Shown here in pieces: positions 61,301 to 64,000 of a stretch of 64,000 nt of DNA. Each line of letters opens with the position of its first letter. Positions within the stretch are counted from its first letter, which is position 1. Both the position numbers and the translations under genes were made by a program. This stretch comes from the human T2T-CHM13v2.0 reference genome, Homo sapiens. The stretch is taken from assembly GCF_009914755.1 (NCBI RefSeq), contig NC_060925.1; one strand, 5' to 3'. Under the pieces are notes generated by a model that was not told the DNA's origin, searched no databases, and saw only the letters and a program-made list of their open reading frames with translations.

Positions 61301-63162
61301 GCTTTTTTGTTGGATTCTGCCCTCCCCCTTTCCTTGGCTTCTAGGGCCAAATGTAAAAAGAAAACTAAATTCAGAATTAGGATATAAAAGGGAAAAAATG
61401 CAGATAAGTTCCTGGCATCAGCTGCCTCAGAAATGCAGGCCAGGGAGTGCTTTGCATTTTGTTCAGAAGATTTGGAAGTGAACCTAAATTTCAGAGATGC
61501 CTACCTCTGGGAACCAAAGCACCAGGCAAAGGAATCTGCCAGTGCTTGGAAAAGATGATGAGTGGAGCCAAAAACGTTTTTCCTGTGGTATGGTACAGGG
61601 TTGTTCAGTGTTGCCCACCCACACTGCCATCTCCCACACACACCATTGCAAACTTTCTCAGGACTTGAGCAGATTCAAAACTGGGCAGGGCCCTTTCCTT
61701 TGGCAGAGGCAAAAACATAAGCTGAGGTGCTTTCTGGCTTCTGGAAGCAGCACGGCTTGACGATTCACAGCTGATGTAAGATTTAGAAGGGGCTCATCTT
61801 TTGAATGAGGGGTATAAACTGTGTATGCTTTCTGCAATTGGCAGGGGTGATGGGTGAGGGTCGAGGGATAAGACAGTGAGCAAGAAGAGTTCCCTCTTGG
61901 TTGCTTGGTTTTGACCTGAATTTGCATGGGGACCTTGAGAAAAACTAACCTGTGGTGCCTCAGTTTCCTGGTGCATAATGTCACTGCTTCTCTGAAGGAA
62001 GCCTGCAGAATAAAGCCTGGGTTAAAATTCCCCTCCATTTGTTGTTCGTTTTCTCTTCCTGTTTGTGCTTTTATCCTGCATCCCTGTGTGGCTTTAGGGG
62101 TTTGGTTTTGGGAGGAAGACAAGGAACCACATTAAACAAAAAGATGGGGAAAGGTGTGTTGCCAGGTTTAGAACCCATTCAACCGTGCGGGTTTGGAGTT
62201 TTCCAACAACCTCCTGCCTCTTGAGCTTTCAGTTTGTTTATTCTTGGCAAAATGTAGCTTCCTGTTTTTAAGAAAACCAGCCTATAAAATGCTTGAAAAA
62301 TCTTCTTGGACATCAAAACACCCTTCCCAAACAATATTTTGATGATTTAACATGTAAATGAGTCAAAACAATGTGAGCAACATTTCCTATAAAGTACGCG
62401 TGGGTTTTAGAAATTAAGAGGGTAGTGCTTAGCTAAACATACTTTGGTTATAGAAGATCAAAAGCATTTGAAAACCAGTTTGAGATGTTTGCTAAGTCTA
62501 AAATGAGGCCAAATCCAACCAATCTCAGCTGAAATGCAAGCAAACAATTTATTATTAAAATAGCTCACGGATGTGATTCCTCTTCCATCTCTGGGCTTGT
62601 GACTCTTGCAGCCAAAATAATCTCCGTGAAGTGATTGTAATAATGTTTATGAGCAATCATGGGACCAGAGCTCTCAGCTCATCCATGGAAGTGAACAAAT
62701 AACTTGAAAGACCAAGCACCTCAATGTCTTGGCTCACTTGTTTTTATGTTCAAGGTTATGTGATATTCTCTATCACTGCCAATTGAATGGTTTTTGTGTT
62801 TTGTTTTTTTGGTCAGATGAGAGCAACATATCTTCAACTCTCAGACTCCAATACTCAAGTCTCTACGTCTACTTCTAGGTTCTGAAGTTGAGAAGGTTAA
62901 CATCCTGCTGGGATGGATTGCTCCTCAGATATGTAATTTCTCCCAGTCAGGATTCTGTATGTGCATGGATGTATTAGGAAGTAAACAAATTCCATTTTAT
63001 CCCCAACAAGACCTCCTACAGAGCAACCACAGTGACAGCCGTAGGTGTCAGTAGATTTAAGTTCTGGACTAATCCATAGATTTTATTAAGCATCAACTAT
63101 AAATATGTTATTATAATAGGCAAAACTCTGAATAAAAAAATAGGAATAAGAGGCAGTCTTTG

Positions 63163-63445
63163 GGCCAGGCATGGTGGCTCACGCCTGTAATCCCAGAACT
63201 TTGGGAGGCCGAGGCGGGCAGATCATGAGGTCAGGAGATCGAGACCATCCTGGCTAACACAGTGAAAACCTGTCTCTACTAAAACACAAAAAATTAGCCT
63301 AGCGTGGTGCTGGCGGGCGCCTGTAGTCCCAGCTACTCAGGAGCCTGAGGCAGGAGAATGGCGTGAACCTGGGAGGCGGAGCTTGCAGTGAGCCGAGATA
63401 GCGCCACTGCACTCCAGCCTGGGCGACAGAGCGAGACTCCGTCTC

Positions 63446-63472
<27 letters not shown>
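63163..63472 (+). mobile_element. AluY
   Basis: AluY-type motifs; TSD AAGAGGCAGTCTTTG at 63148-63162 and 63473-63487. Confidence 0.96.
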
Positions 63473-63478
<6 letters not shown>

Positions 63479-64000
63479 CAGTCTTTGACCTTAAAGAGCT
63501 CTGAATCTCGCAGAGGGACTTCTGTGACAGAAATAATATATGAGGTTCTGTGTGACAGCACCTGATGGAAGATATCTGTGAAAATCTAGACTTTTTTTCA
63601 TATGAGAAAGAAATTCCTCTTTTGAAGATAATCATAATCTTTTTAGAATATGGCACTTAAGTTAGGAAGAATGGGTAGAGTTTATAGACCCATGAAGGTG
63701 GGAAGAGATAGAGGCATTCCGGTGGAATAGAACAATTACAGCCAAAGCCCTGAAGAAGTGAAGTACACAGAAAGTTTGTGAAAACGTCTGGAACAGCTGG
63801 AAAAGGATCAATATAACGTTTCCCAACTGTATTCTTTTGAATAACACAAGATCCTTGAGAAAAGTTATATAATAAATTAATTTAGGAAGTCTTGTGTGAA
63901 AAATACTAAAATTGTTTCTTAACTACAAGATTTTGTGGGAATATTTAACAGCTTCTCTCCAAGAGAAGGTATAAAGACACAATACTTGTTTACTTAGACC

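Overview
Primate (most likely human) AT-rich, repeat-dense genomic DNA; no multi-exon protein-coding gene or RNA gene is recognisable. Most long ORFs are decayed LINE-1 ORF1/ORF2, Alu or microsatellite translations; the rest resemble no protein I recognise. Main contents: a near full-length, 5'-inverted L1PA7-like element (14226-20217, minus), nine Alus (seven AluY-like), several ERV1/ERVL/MaLR solo LTRs, hAT DNA transposon fossils (MER45B, MER20, MER94, MER5), many L2/MIR remnants and several STRs. Subfamily names come from remembered consensus sequences and ancient-repeat boundaries are approximate. Most notable observations: (1) two ~100-bp same-orientation templated insertions, each copied from DNA ~2.8-2.95 kb downstream (9026-9125 into 6210-6307; 15746-15845 into 12797-12895); (2) two plus-strand microexon candidates (12 nt at 25625-25636, 16 nt at 31873-31888) with long AG-free polypyrimidine tracts, suggesting the window lies within a large plus-strand gene I cannot name; (3) a complex L1 5' junction with inversion, inverted repeats, a hairpin and no target-site duplication (TSD).
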